Below, piece by piece: positions 1 to 8,880 of a DNA stretch of 64,000 bases; positions within the stretch are counted from its first letter, which is position 1; each line of letters begins with the position of its first letter. The position numbers and the translations under genes are program-made. Source of the DNA: Halorussus marinus. Its GTDB lineage: Archaea > Halobacteriota > Halobacteria > Halobacteriales > Haladaptataceae. The stretch is taken from assembly GCF_004765795.1 (NCBI RefSeq), contig NZ_SBIV01000004.1, forward strand, positions 186,001 through 250,000, in the 5' to 3' direction. The notes beneath the pieces are model-generated. The model was given only the letters and a program-made list of their open reading frames with translations, did no database searches and had not been told where the DNA came from.

Positions 1-219
1 GCGGTTGTCGGCTGTCACGTACGCCCGGAGGTGGGTCTCGTCGGACTCCTCGCTGATACGGAGGCCGTCGGCCGCCGAGAGGGTGCCGATGCCGCGGTCG
101 CTCCCGACGGGGTCGGGCTCGATCCGCTCGAACGTGTCGCCCTCGTCGGCGGCGCCGTCCGCGGGATCGGACCCGGAGGCGTCGCCCTCGAAGCTCTCGA
201 AGTCGCCGAGGTCGGTCAT
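1..219 (-). CDS. N-terminus of a probable HerA/DUF87-family ATPase (bipolar DNA helicase), running off the window
   Basis: Manual translation from the ATG at 219: MTDLGDFESFEG...GIGTLSAADGLRISEESDETHLRAYVTADNR, open to the window edge. It resembles the N-terminus of haloarchaeal HerA-like ATP-binding proteins (from memory); the ATPase motifs lie outside the window. Confidence 0.55.
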   Translation of the reverse strand, partial: MTDLGDFESFEGDASGSDPADGAADEGDTFERIEPDPVGSDRGIGTLSAADGLRISEESDETHLRAYVTADNR

Positions 220-302
220 CGTTCCCGACGACGAACCCCTCGGTCAAACACGTTTCGCCGTCAGTCGCGCTCCTTTTACCTCCGGGCGCCCTATCGGAGG
301 CC

Positions 303-653
303 ATGTTACTCATCCGCGGCGAAGGCGGGGGGACGACCCTGACGGGGACGCTGTACGAGCGCGGGGAGCGCGCGCCGCGGTTCAAGGGCGCGCCCGACGA
401 GGACGCCCCCTACGTGTGGGTCTGCGACGAGTTCTACGAGGTCGAGAGCGGCGGGACCGTCCAGAAGGTCAACGGCGAGGAGGTCAACGTCGCGTTCGAG
501 TCGCCGATGCCCCGAGGGTTCGACACGAAAGAACAGGCGACCCAGGCCGCCCGCGAGCACGTCAAGACCCAGTTCGCCCGCATCGGGGTCGATCCCGAGG
601 ACGTGACCATCACCGTCGAGAAGTCCGAACACGAGGCCGCCGAGCCACAGTAG
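303..653 (+). CDS. Conserved haloarchaeal hypothetical protein
   Basis: 116-aa acidic ORF with typical codon usage; TTTTA box about 27 bp upstream, consistent with a leaderless start. Confidence 0.8.
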   Translation: MLLIRGEGGGTTLTGTLYERGERAPRFKGAPDEDAPYVWVCDEFYEVESGGTVQKVNGEEVNVAFESPMPRGFDTKEQATQAAREHVKTQFARIGVDPEDVTITVEKSEHEAAEPQ

Positions 654-704
654 TCGGGTCCGCGCGGGCCAAGCCTATTTTTGCCGGGCGACCCAAACGC
701 CGGC

Positions 705-845
705 GTGAAGCTATCCACGACGCTGATCGCGGTCGGCCTGCTGTTGATCGTGCTCCCGATCCCGATCCTGCCGCCGTTCGTCGGCGCGACGGTCGGGGTC
801 GTCCTCCTGCTCGGCGGGCTCGGCCTGCGGCTGTTCGGCCTCTGA
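705..845 (+). CDS. Small two-TM membrane protein (46 aa, not in the ORF track)
   Basis: GTG start, MKLSTTLIAVGLLLIVLPIPILPPFVGATVGVVLLLGGLGLRLFGL; fills the gap between genes; TATTTTT about 28 bp upstream. Confidence 0.7.
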   Translation: MKLSTTLIAVGLLLIVLPIPILPPFVGATVGVVLLLGGLGLRLFGL

Positions 846-903
846 GCCCGGCCGCGGGGCGGCGACCATTTATCTCGGCTCGGCCCGAACCGGGAGCCAG
901 ACA

Positions 904-1365
904 GTGACGCTCGCTCTTCCCGACGACGTCCGCGAGGAGATACTCGCACACGCCCGCGAGGGCGCGCCCGAGGAGGTGTGTGGCATCCTCGCGGGCAGGC
1001 GCGACGGCGACGACGCGGAGGTCCTCGCGCGCCATCCGGCCGCAAACGCCGCCGCCGACCCGCGGACGCGCTACGAGATCGCCGCGCGCGAACAGCTCGA
1101 ACTGCTGGAGGCGATCGACGAGGCCGGCCGCGAGGTGGTCGGGTTCTACCACTCGCACCCGCGCGGGCCGGCCGAGCCGAGCGCGACCGACGCCGCCGAG
1201 GCGACCTGGCCCGGCCGGTCGTACGTCATCGCCGTCCCCGGAGAGTCGGGCGGCGGCGAGGCCGACGATCCGACCCCGAGCGCTCTCAGATCGTGGCGCT
1301 GGACGGGCGAGCGCTTCGTCGCCGAGGACGTCCGGTCGACCGAGGCCTCGGACCCGGACGCCTGA
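904..1365 (+). CDS. JAMM/MPN+ metalloprotease, desampylase (HvJAMM1-like)
   Basis: EEVCGILAG and GFYHSHPRGPAEPSATD match the JAMM motif E...HSH-x7-S-x2-D. Confidence 0.9.
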   Translation: MTLALPDDVREEILAHAREGAPEEVCGILAGRRDGDDAEVLARHPAANAAADPRTRYEIAAREQLELLEAIDEAGREVVGFYHSHPRGPAEPSATDAAEATWPGRSYVIAVPGESGGGEADDPTPSALRSWRWTGERFVAEDVRSTEASDPDA

Positions 1366-1409
1366 GCCGTTGAGGTACAGTTTTACCCCCGGAACCCCAC
1401 GCTTCGACT

Positions 1410-2459
1410 ATGCAAGCCGTCCAGTTCACCGACCACGGTGACCGCGACGTCATCGAGTACGGCGACTTCCCGGACCCGACGCCGGACCGCGACGAAGTGC
1501 TCGTGGACGTGAAGGCGGGCGCGCTCAACCACCTCGACGTCTGGACCCGGAAGGGGCTCCCGGGCGTCGACCTCGAACTGCCCCACGTCCCCGGTAGCGA
1601 CGCGGCGGGCGTCGTGCTCGAAGTCGGCGAGGACGTGACCCGGTTCGAGCCCGGCGACCGGGTGGCGCTGTCGGCCGGCGTCTCCTGTGGCCACTGCGAG
1701 TTCTGCCGGCACGGCGAACACTCGCTGTGTGAGAACTACCACATCATCGGCGAACACGTCCGGGGGGTCCACGGCGAGATGGCCGCGGTGCCCGCCGCCA
1801 ACCTCGTCTCGGTCCCGCAGGGCGTGTCGTGGAACGTCGCGGCGGCCGCCCCGCTGGTGTTCCAGACCGCGTGGCGGATGCTGGTGACCCGGGCGGACGT
1901 CGACCCCGGCGAGAAAGTCCTCGTGCTCGGGGCGTCGGGCGGCGTGGGCCACGCCGCGGTCCAGATCGCCGACTACCTCGGCGCGACCGTCTTCGCGACC
2001 GGGAGCACCGACGAGAAACTCGACCACGCCCGCGAACTGGGCGCCGACCACGCGATCAACTACGCCGAAGACGACTTCGCCGACCGGGTCTACGACCTGA
2101 CCGACGGCCGGGGCGTCGACGTGGTCGTCGACCACGTCGGCGAGCAGACCTACCCCGACTCGCTCAAGAGCCTCGCGAAGGGCGGTCGACTGGTCACATG
2201 CGGGGCCACCACCGGTCCGAACCCCAACGCCGGGCTCAACCGCATCTTCTGGAACCAACTGTCGGTGATCGGCTCCACGATGGCGACCCGCGGCGAGGTC
2301 GACGACGTGCTCGAACTGGTGTGGGACGGCGAGTTCGAGCCCGCGATCAGGGAGGTCCTGCCGATGAGCGAGACCGCCCGCGCCCACGAACTGCTCGAAG
2401 AGCGCGAGGGGTTCGGCAAGGTCGTGGTCGTCCCGGACAGCGAGTACGGCCGCCAATGA
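1410..2459 (+). CDS. Zinc-binding MDR-family alcohol dehydrogenase / quinone oxidoreductase
   Basis: Structural Zn site CGHCEFC..C, GASGGVG nucleotide-binding motif, GKVVV C-terminus. Confidence 0.9.
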   Translation: MQAVQFTDHGDRDVIEYGDFPDPTPDRDEVLVDVKAGALNHLDVWTRKGLPGVDLELPHVPGSDAAGVVLEVGEDVTRFEPGDRVALSAGVSCGHCEFCRHGEHSLCENYHIIGEHVRGVHGEMAAVPAANLVSVPQGVSWNVAAAAPLVFQTAWRMLVTRADVDPGEKVLVLGASGGVGHAAVQIADYLGATVFATGSTDEKLDHARELGADHAINYAEDDFADRVYDLTDGRGVDVVVDHVGEQTYPDSLKSLAKGGRLVTCGATTGPNPNAGLNRIFWNQLSVIGSTMATRGEVDDVLELVWDGEFEPAIREVLPMSETARAHELLEEREGFGKVVVVPDSEYGRQ

Positions 2460-2740
2460 GCGACGACACCTACACCCACCGGCCCGGCGCCGTCGAGGGC
2501 GGGGACGCCGACGCGGAGGTCTCCGACCCCGCCGCGCCCGTCGAGCGAGGTACCGAGGAGTGGGACTGGCGCGGGTGGGTGCTGGTCGGCGTCATCGTCG
2601 TCTGCTTTCTGGTGGTCCCGGCGACGATCCTGCTGATCCCGCCGGGCGGGCCGTTCAAGGCGGCCTACCTCGTGTTGCCCCTGCTTCCGGCGTTCCTGCT
2701 CGGCGCGACCGCGGTGTGGTCGGCCCAGCGCTCGTCCTGA
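2456..2740 (+). CDS. Small membrane protein
   Basis: ATGA overlap with the upstream stop; MSDDTYTH... followed by two hydrophobic helices (WVLVGVIVVCFLVVPATILL, AYLVLPLLPAFLLGATAVW). Confidence 0.75.
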   Translation: MSDDTYTHRPGAVEGGDADAEVSDPAAPVERGTEEWDWRGWVLVGVIVVCFLVVPATILLIPPGGPFKAAYLVLPLLPAFLLGATAVWSAQRSS

Positions 2741-2806
2741 CGTATCGGTGTCACTATCGACGGTGTGCGGCGTTGTTTTAAGGTGCTGTCGGCCGAACGC
2801 CGACGT

Positions 2807-3439
2807 ATGGTCGATTTCCAGTCTCGCGACACGAGCCGCGGCTTCGACGACGGGGACGACGAGAGCGATCCGGACCGCGAGGAGCCCCACGGCGAGGAGT
2901 CGGGCGACGACGAGAGCCACGACCACCACGATCACGACGACCACGACCACCACGCCCACGACGTCGAGTCGCTCGGGGCCGCCGTCGTCACGGTGTCGTC
3001 CTCGCGGTCGCTCTCGGACGATCCGGCGGGCGACGCCATCGTCGCGGCGTTCGAGGCGGCGGGTCACAGCGTCGTGAGCCGCGACCTGATCGGCGACGAC
3101 TACGACGGCGTCCAGGGGTCGGTCAACGCGCTGGTCCGGCGCGGCGACGTCGACGTGGTCGTGACGACCGGCGGGACCGGCGTCACGCCCGACGACGTGA
3201 CCGTCGAAGCGATCGAGCCCCTGTTCGACAAGCACCTGCCCGGGTTCGGCGAACTGTTCCGTTCGCTGTCGTTCGAGGAGATCGGGACGAAGATCGTCGG
3301 CACGCGTGCGGCCGCGGGGATCGCCGAGGGGACGCCCGTCTTCTGCCTCCCGGGGAGCGAGAACGCCGCCCGGCTCGGTGCAGAGGAGATCATCGTCGAG
3401 GAGGCGGGCCACCTCGCGGGGCTGTCGGATCGCGAGTAA
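2807..3439 (+). CDS. moaB: Molybdopterin adenylyltransferase MoaB/Mog with a His/Asp-rich N-terminal tail
   Basis: [27 protein letters not shown] and VFCLPGS motifs; TTTTAAG box about 28 bp upstream of the ATG at 2807. Confidence 0.9.
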   Translation: MVDFQSRDTSRGFDDGDDESDPDREEPHGEESGDDESHDHHDHDDHDHHAHDVESLGAAVVTVSSSRSLSDDPAGDAIVAAFEAAGHSVVSRDLIGDDYDGVQGSVNALVRRGDVDVVVTTGGTGVTPDDVTVEAIEPLFDKHLPGFGELFRSLSFEEIGTKIVGTRAAAGIAEGTPVFCLPGSENAARLGAEEIIVEEAGHLAGLSDRE

Positions 3440-3528
3440 CGCGATTCGGTAAGAATCGCGAGAAGACGAGCGGGGAGAACCGACCCGCGAGTAGCGCGAT
3501 TACGTAGGAATCGCGAGAAGACGAGCGG
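3431..3528. repeat. Imperfect 43-bp direct repeat (period 55 bp), each copy containing a hairpin, between convergent moaB and idi
   Basis: cgcgagtaacgcgattcggtaagaatcgcgagaagacgagcgg (3431-3473) versus cgcgagtagcgcgattacgtaggaatcgcgagaagacgagcgg (3486-3528); stems cgcgatt(c)/(g)aatcgcg. Confidence 0.85.
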
Positions 3529-3537
3529 AGCGACAGA

Positions 3538-4122
3538 TCAGTCGAAGTCCCGGCGCATCGCGATCTCGAACCACGGGCACAGCCGGAGCTGGCGGTACCA
3601 CTCGGGGTGCTCGTGGAGGCGCTCGTAGGGCACCCACATCAGGCCCGCGACCTCCGCCTCGTCGGGGTCGAGCGAGACGTCGTCGAGAGTGAGCTTGAGG
3701 ACCGCACAGACCTCGTGTTCGACGCCAGCGTTCTCGAAGTAGCGCTTGTACTCGAAGCGGTCGGTGACCCGGAGGTCGTCGTACTGGTCGGGCGTGATTC
3801 CGAGTTCTTCGTCGAGGCGCTGGCGGGTGGCCTCCTCCTGTGACTGACCCTGCACCGGGTGGGAGGCGACGGTGCCGTCCCACCACGTCCCCCACAGGCG
3901 CTTGTCGGGGGCCCGCTGGGCCAGCAGGATGTTGCCCTCGCCGTCGAACACCAGCGAGGTGAACGCGCGGTGGCGCGTGCCGTCGCCGGTGTGTGCGTCG
4001 AGGCGGTTGATCGTCTCCTGCTCGTTGTCGTCGGCGTCGACCGCGACGACGTGCTGGCGGGCGTTCTCGTGCTCTGCGGTCTCGGGCGCGTCGGCGTCCG
4101 GGGCCGTGTCGTCCGTGCTCAT
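3538..4122 (-). CDS. idi: Isopentenyl-diphosphate delta-isomerase type 1 (NUDIX fold)
   Basis: AHTGDGTRHRAFTSLVF, LLAQRA..K..W...WDGTVASHP, EHEVC and LCPWF motifs. Confidence 0.88.
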   Translation of the reverse strand: MSTDDTAPDADAPETAEHENARQHVVAVDADDNEQETINRLDAHTGDGTRHRAFTSLVFDGEGNILLAQRAPDKRLWGTWWDGTVASHPVQGQSQEEATRQRLDEELGITPDQYDDLRVTDRFEYKRYFENAGVEHEVCAVLKLTLDDVSLDPDEAEVAGLMWVPYERLHEHPEWYRQLRLCPWFEIAMRRDFD

Positions 4123-4239
4123 TGGACGGCCATTACCGTGGGTCGGTAAAACGCTCTTCGATAGTTCGCGGCGAAACGCGCGCGACCGCCGCGAACGACC
4201 GTACTCCCGGGGACCGTCGGCGCGCCCGTCGCTCCGGGG

Positions 4240-4299
4240 CGAATTCGAATTTCGAAATTTGGCCCCGGAACTCGTAATCTATCGTCGGATTTATTACGA
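4240..4299 (+). promoter_or_regulatory. carB promoter region with palindromes
   Basis: Perfect palindrome aatttcgaaatt (4248-4259); inverted repeat tcgtaat-N14-attacga (4272-4299) overlapping a TTTATTA box about 30 bp upstream of the carB ATG. Confidence 0.5.
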
Positions 4300-4324
4300 T
4301 GAGCGAACTCTCTCCTACCAACGA

Positions 4325-7300
4325 ATGACCGAGGAGACCACAGCCGACGGACGGACGATCCTACTCATCGGCAGCGGACCCATCCAGATCGGGCAGGCCG
4401 CGGAGTTCGACTACTCCGGGGCGCAGGCCTGCCGCGCGCTCCAGGAAGAGGGAGCGCGAGTCGTGCTGGTCAACTCGAACCCAGCGACCATCATGACCGA
4501 TCCGGAGATGGCCGACGAGGTGTACATCGAGCCGATCACCACCGAAGCCATCGCCGAGATCATCCGGACGGAGAACCCCGACGGCGTCATCGCGGGGCTC
4601 GGGGGCCAGACCGGGCTGAACGTCACCGCCGAGCTCTCCGAGGAGGGCGTCCTCGAAGCGCACGACGTCGAGATCATGGGCACGCCCCTGGAGACCATCT
4701 ACGCCACCGAGGACCGGGACCTGTTCCGCCAGCGGATGGAGGAGCTTGGCCAGCCGGTCCCGGCGTCGACGACCATCGCGCTCGACGAGGGCGAGGCGGT
4801 CGCCGATCTGACCGAGGAGTCGCTTCGCGAGCGCGTCGAGGCGGCGGTCGAGGCGGTCGGCGGCCTCCCGGTCATCGCCCGCACCACCTACACGCTCGGC
4901 GGATCGGGCTCGGGCGTCGTCTCGGAGATGGACGAGCTCTTCGACCGCGTCCGGAAGGGCCTGCGGCTCTCCCGGAACAGCGAGGTGCTCATCACCGAGT
5001 CGATCTCCGGGTGGGTCGAACTGGAGTACGAGGTGATGCGCGACGCCGGGGACTCGACGATCATCATCTGCAACATGGAGAACATCGACCCGATGGGTAT
5101 CCACACGGGCGAGTCGACGGTCGTCACGCCCTCGCAGGTCATCCCCGACGACGGCCACCAGGAGATGCGCGACGCCGCCCTCGAAGTGATCCGTGATCTG
5201 GGCATTCAGGGCGGCTGTAACATCCAGTTCGCGTGGCGCGACGACGGCACCCCCGGCGGGGAGTACCGCGTGGTCGAGGTCAACCCCCGCGTCTCGCGGT
5301 CGTCGGCGCTCGCCTCGAAGGCGACTGGCTACCCGATCGCCCGCGTGACCGCGAAGGTCGCGCTCGGCAAGCGCCTCCACGAGATCGAAAACGAGATCAC
5401 CGGCGAGACCACCGCCGCCTTCGAGCCCGCGATCGACTACGTCGTCACGAAGGTGCCCCGGTGGCCCAAAGACAAGTTCCCCGACGTGGACTTCGAGCTG
5501 GGCACCGCGATGAAGTCGACCGGCGAGGCGATGGCGATCGGCCGGACGTTCGAGGAGAGCCTGCTGAAGGCGCTTCGCTCCTCGGAGTACGACCCCGAGG
5601 CCGACTGGGCCGAGGTCGACGACCAGACCCTCGAAACCGACTACCTCGAAGCCCCGACGCCCGACCGCCCGTACGCGATGTTCGAGGCGTTCGACCGCGG
5701 GTACACCGTCGCCGAGGTCGTCGAGCTCACCGGCATCTACGAGTGGTACGTCGAGCGCTACCGGAACGTCGCCGACGCGGCGGTCGCGGCCCAGGAAGGC
5801 GAGTTCGAGTCCGCCGCCGAGGCCGGGTTCACCGACCACGAGATCACGGCGCTCGCGGGCGGCGAGTTCGAGGACACCCACTCGTCGTGGCTCCCCGCCG
5901 AGTCCGACGACGGCGCGGCCACCGACGGCGCGGGCGTCACGGTCGACGACGTCGAGGCGGCCGCCCCCGACCGGGACTTCAAGCAGGTCGACACCTGCGC
6001 GGGCGAGTTCGCGGCGTCGACCCCGTACTACTACTCCTCGCGCCGGCCGGGCGCCGGGCTCGGCCGCGACGAGGTGCAGGTCGACCCCGACGTCGAGAGC
6101 GTGGTCGTGGTCGGCGGCGGCCCGATCCGGATCGGACAGGGCGTGGAGTTCGACTACTGCTCGGTCCACGCGGTCCGGGCGCTCCGCGAGCAGGGCATCG
6201 AGGCCCACGTCGTCAACAACAACCCCGAGACCGTCTCGACCGACTACGACACCTCCGACGGACTGTTCTTCGAGCCGATCACCGCCGAGGAGGTCGCGGA
6301 CGTGATCGAGGCCACTGGCGCCGACGGCGTGATGGTCCAGTTCGGCGGCCAGACCTCCGTCGACATCGGCGAGCCCCTCGAAGACGAGCTCGCGCGCCGG
6401 GAGCTCGACTGCGATATCCTCGGCACGTCGGTCGAGGCGATGGATCTGGCGGAGGACCGCGACCGGTTCAACCGCCTGATGGACGATCTGGGCGTCGCCC
6501 AGCCCGAGGGCGGCTCGGCGACCAGCGAGGCCGAGGCGCTCGATCTCGCCCACGACATCGGCTACCCGGTACTCGTCCGGCCCTCCTACGTGCTCGGCGG
6601 ACGCGCGATGGACGTGGTCGGCGACGACGAGGAGCTCAAAGAGTACATGGCTGAGGCGGTCAGGGTGAGCCCCGACAAGCCGATCCTCATCGACGAGTTC
6701 CTCGCCGACGCCGTCGAGCTCGACGTGGACGCGGTCGCCGACGGCGAGGACGTGCTGATCGGCGGCATCATGGAGCACGTCGAGTCCGCGGGGGTCCACT
6801 CGGGCGACTCCGCGTGCATGATCCCGACCCGGGCGCTCGACGAGGCGACCCTCGGCCGGGTCCGGGACGTGGTCGAGGACATCGCGGTAGCGCTCGACAC
6901 GGTCGGCCTGCTGAACGTCCAGCTCGCGGTCCAAGACGGCGAGGTGTACGTGCTCGAAGCCAACCCGCGCTCGTCGCGGACCGTCCCGTTCGTCTCGAAG
7001 GCGACCGGCGTCCCGATCGCCAAGCTCGCCGCGAAGGTGATGGCCGGCGAGTCGCTGGCCGCCCTCGATACCGACGAGCAGGTCCCCGAGCAGGTCAGCG
7101 TCAAGGAGGTCGTCCTGCCGTTCGACCGCCTGCCGGGGTCGGACCCGCGGCTCGGTCCGGAGATGAAATCGACCGGCGAGGTCATGGGCACCGCCGACAC
7201 CTTCGGGAAGGCCTACGACAAGGCTCAGGACTCGACCGGCAAGCCGATTCCCGGCGAGGGAACCGCGCTCGTCGACCTGACCGACGACTTCGGCGAGTAC

Positions 7301-7594
7301 TTCAGCACCGAGGAGTTCGCCACCCACTTCGAGGTGGTCACCCCCGACCAGTTCGCCGACGACGCCGCGGCGTGGACCGACCGCGCGAAGGAGGCTGTGC
7401 GGTCGGGCGACGTCGACCTCATCGTCTCGCGCAACCGCGACGTGCTCGAAACCGCGGTCGAGGAGGAAGTGACCTACTTCTCGACGGAGGCCAGCGCGAG
7501 CGCCGCGCTGGAGGCCCTCGACGCCCGCGAGGAGCCCCTCGACGTACTGCCGGTCGGGGACCGCCCAAAGCAGGTCCGCGAGTGGGGTCGCTGA
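4325..7594 (+). CDS. carB: Carbamoyl-phosphate synthase large subunit
   Basis: LLIGSGPIQIGQAAEFDYSG, EVNPRVSRSSALASKATGYPIA, GGGPIRIGQGVEFDY and LGPEMKSTGEVMG; the true start is the ATG at 4325, not the track start at 3872. Confidence 0.97.
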   Translation: MTEETTADGRTILLIGSGPIQIGQAAEFDYSGAQACRALQEEGARVVLVNSNPATIMTDPEMADEVYIEPITTEAIAEIIRTENPDGVIAGLGGQTGLNVTAELSEEGVLEAHDVEIMGTPLETIYATEDRDLFRQRMEELGQPVPASTTIALDEGEAVADLTEESLRERVEAAVEAVGGLPVIARTTYTLGGSGSGVVSEMDELFDRVRKGLRLSRNSEVLITESISGWVELEYEVMRDAGDSTIIICNMENIDPMGIHTGESTVVTPSQVIPDDGHQEMRDAALEVIRDLGIQGGCNIQFAWRDDGTPGGEYRVVEVNPRVSRSSALASKATGYPIARVTAKVALGKRLHEIENEITGETTAAFEPAIDYVVTKVPRWPKDKFPDVDFELGTAMKSTGEAMAIGRTFEESLLKALRSSEYDPEADWAEVDDQTLETDYLEAPTPDRPYAMFEAFDRGYTVAEVVELTGIYEWYVERYRNVADAAVAAQEGEFESAAEAGFTDHEITALAGGEFEDTHSSWLPAESDDGAATDGAGVTVDDVEAAAPDRDFKQVDTCAGEFAASTPYYYSSRRPGAGLGRDEVQVDPDVESVVVVGGGPIRIGQGVEFDYCSVHAVRALREQGIEAHVVNNNPETVSTDYDTSDGLFFEPITAEEVADVIEATGADGVMVQFGGQTSVDIGEPLEDELARRELDCDILGTSVEAMDLAEDRDRFNRLMDDLGVAQPEGGSATSEAEALDLAHDIGYPVLVRPSYVLGGRAMDVVGDDEELKEYMAEAVRVSPDKPILIDEFLADAVELDVDAVADGEDVLIGGIMEHVESAGVHSGDSACMIPTRALDEATLGRVRDVVEDIAVALDTVGLLNVQLAVQDGEVYVLEANPRSSRTVPFVSKATGVPIAKLAAKVMAGESLAALDTDEQVPEQVSVKEVVLPFDRLPGSDPRLGPEMKSTGEVMGTADTFGKAYDKAQDSTGKPIPGEGTALVDLTDDFGEYFSTEEFATHFEVVTPDQFADDAAAWTDRAKEAVRSGDVDLIVSRNRDVLETAVEEEVTYFSTEASASAALEALDAREEPLDVLPVGDRPKQVREWGR

Positions 7595-7607
7595 CCGCTC
7601 CGGCCGC

Positions 7608-7964
7608 TCACGTCCCGACGCCCGGGACCTGTTTTTGACATTCGAGTAGCTGTGCCGCCCGGTCGGCTTTCGCCAACAGGACTTGCTTCAGGGTCGGCGG
7701 GTTCCGGATTCGGGTGTCGTCGAGAACGTTTTCGGGGAGCGCCAGCGTCCCTTCGGGGATGTCGTCTTCGCCCCGGACCGCGAGGTGGTGGCTGTCGACT
7801 TTCATCACGAGCGGGTTGTCGAGCCGTTCGACGCCCTCGCCGGTCGCGTAGAGTTGCTCGTTGATGTGTTCGTGCTGGTCGCGACGCATCGCGGCCCGGT
7901 CGCCGTCGTGGGGTTCGACGTAGAGCCGACCCAGGTAGTAGCCGCTCGAAAACTCCTCGAACAT
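7608..7964 (-). CDS. Conserved haloarchaeal hypothetical protein (DUF5802-like)
   Basis: MFEEFSSGYYLGRLYVEP... start; AT-rich promoter upstream (tttatata near 8013). Confidence 0.75.
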   Translation of the reverse strand: MFEEFSSGYYLGRLYVEPHDGDRAAMRRDQHEHINEQLYATGEGVERLDNPLVMKVDSHHLAVRGEDDIPEGTLALPENVLDDTRIRNPPTLKQVLLAKADRAAQLLECQKQVPGVGT

Positions 7965-8114
7965 GAGACACGCTAACGTATCCCACGATAGGACATAAAC
8001 GTTTCGGATAGATTTATATAGTATTGCAATAACAGATTTTAATCGTTCGCCCGCGTCGGTCCGAGGTCGCCGCGATCCGACAAGACCTTTGTCGCTGGCG
8101 GTCCGCGAGTCGGT

Positions 8115-8765
8115 ATGGCGATCCCCGACCGCTACGCCCGGACGTTCCTCGAAGACGGCCCGAACCTCGCGTGGCTGCTCTCGGTGAACGTGCTGGCGAT
8201 GCTGGTCGGGGTGCGTTTCTACGTCGAGACGCTCCCCGAGGTGCCGATCTACCTCTGGCCGCTGTACGCCGACTCGCCGGCGGCGCTGTTTCTCGTCACC
8301 CTGTCGCTGGCCACGTTGGTCCCGAATCTGGGCCGTCGACTCGACGCCGCGCCCCGGAACCGGCCGCTGGCGTACCTCCACACGTTCGCGTTCGCGTGGC
8401 TGGTCAAGTACGGCCTCTGGACCGCGGTCTCGCTCAATCTCGGGTTCGGCGCGTACTTCGGGCCGCCGTGGGACCCCGACGCCCTGTGGTCGTACTGGTT
8501 CATCGTCCTCACTCACCTCGGGTTCGTCGCCGAGGCGTACCTGCTTCCGCGCTACGGCGCGACGACGCGGGGGGCACTGGCGGCGACGCTGTTCGCACTC
8601 CTCGCGAACGACGCCCTCGACTACCTGCTCGGGTTCCATCCGCCCCTGCGGTACGAACCGGGACTGGTACTACCGGTGGCGACGGTCGGGCTCTCGGCGC
8701 TCTCGGTCGCCGCGGCGGCCCGTGCGTTCGACCGCCTCGGCCCCGACGACAGACCGAGCGCGTAG
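8115..8765 (+). CDS. DUF1405-like integral membrane protein
   Basis: Multiple TM segments; WPLYADSP, LVKYGLW, NDALDY and GFHP motifs. Confidence 0.8.
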   Translation: MAIPDRYARTFLEDGPNLAWLLSVNVLAMLVGVRFYVETLPEVPIYLWPLYADSPAALFLVTLSLATLVPNLGRRLDAAPRNRPLAYLHTFAFAWLVKYGLWTAVSLNLGFGAYFGPPWDPDALWSYWFIVLTHLGFVAEAYLLPRYGATTRGALAATLFALLANDALDYLLGFHPPLRYEPGLVLPVATVGLSALSVAAAARAFDRLGPDDRPSA

Positions 8766-8880
8766 ACGACATCTAATCGGGTTTTAAACTCTAATACGCC
8801 GTTTTGGGCGCTAAAAGCCGAATATGAACGGAACGAACGAATGTCTGTATTTTTAAACGGCGGCGCTATATGACGACCCG

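Noticed and set aside
4361..7327. Long antisense or alternate-frame ORFs (this one, 25179-30326, 44279-47188 and many Arg/Pro-rich ORFs in the track)
   Set aside because: Shadows of real genes caused by high-GC codon bias; they are not acidic and have no recognisable motifs.
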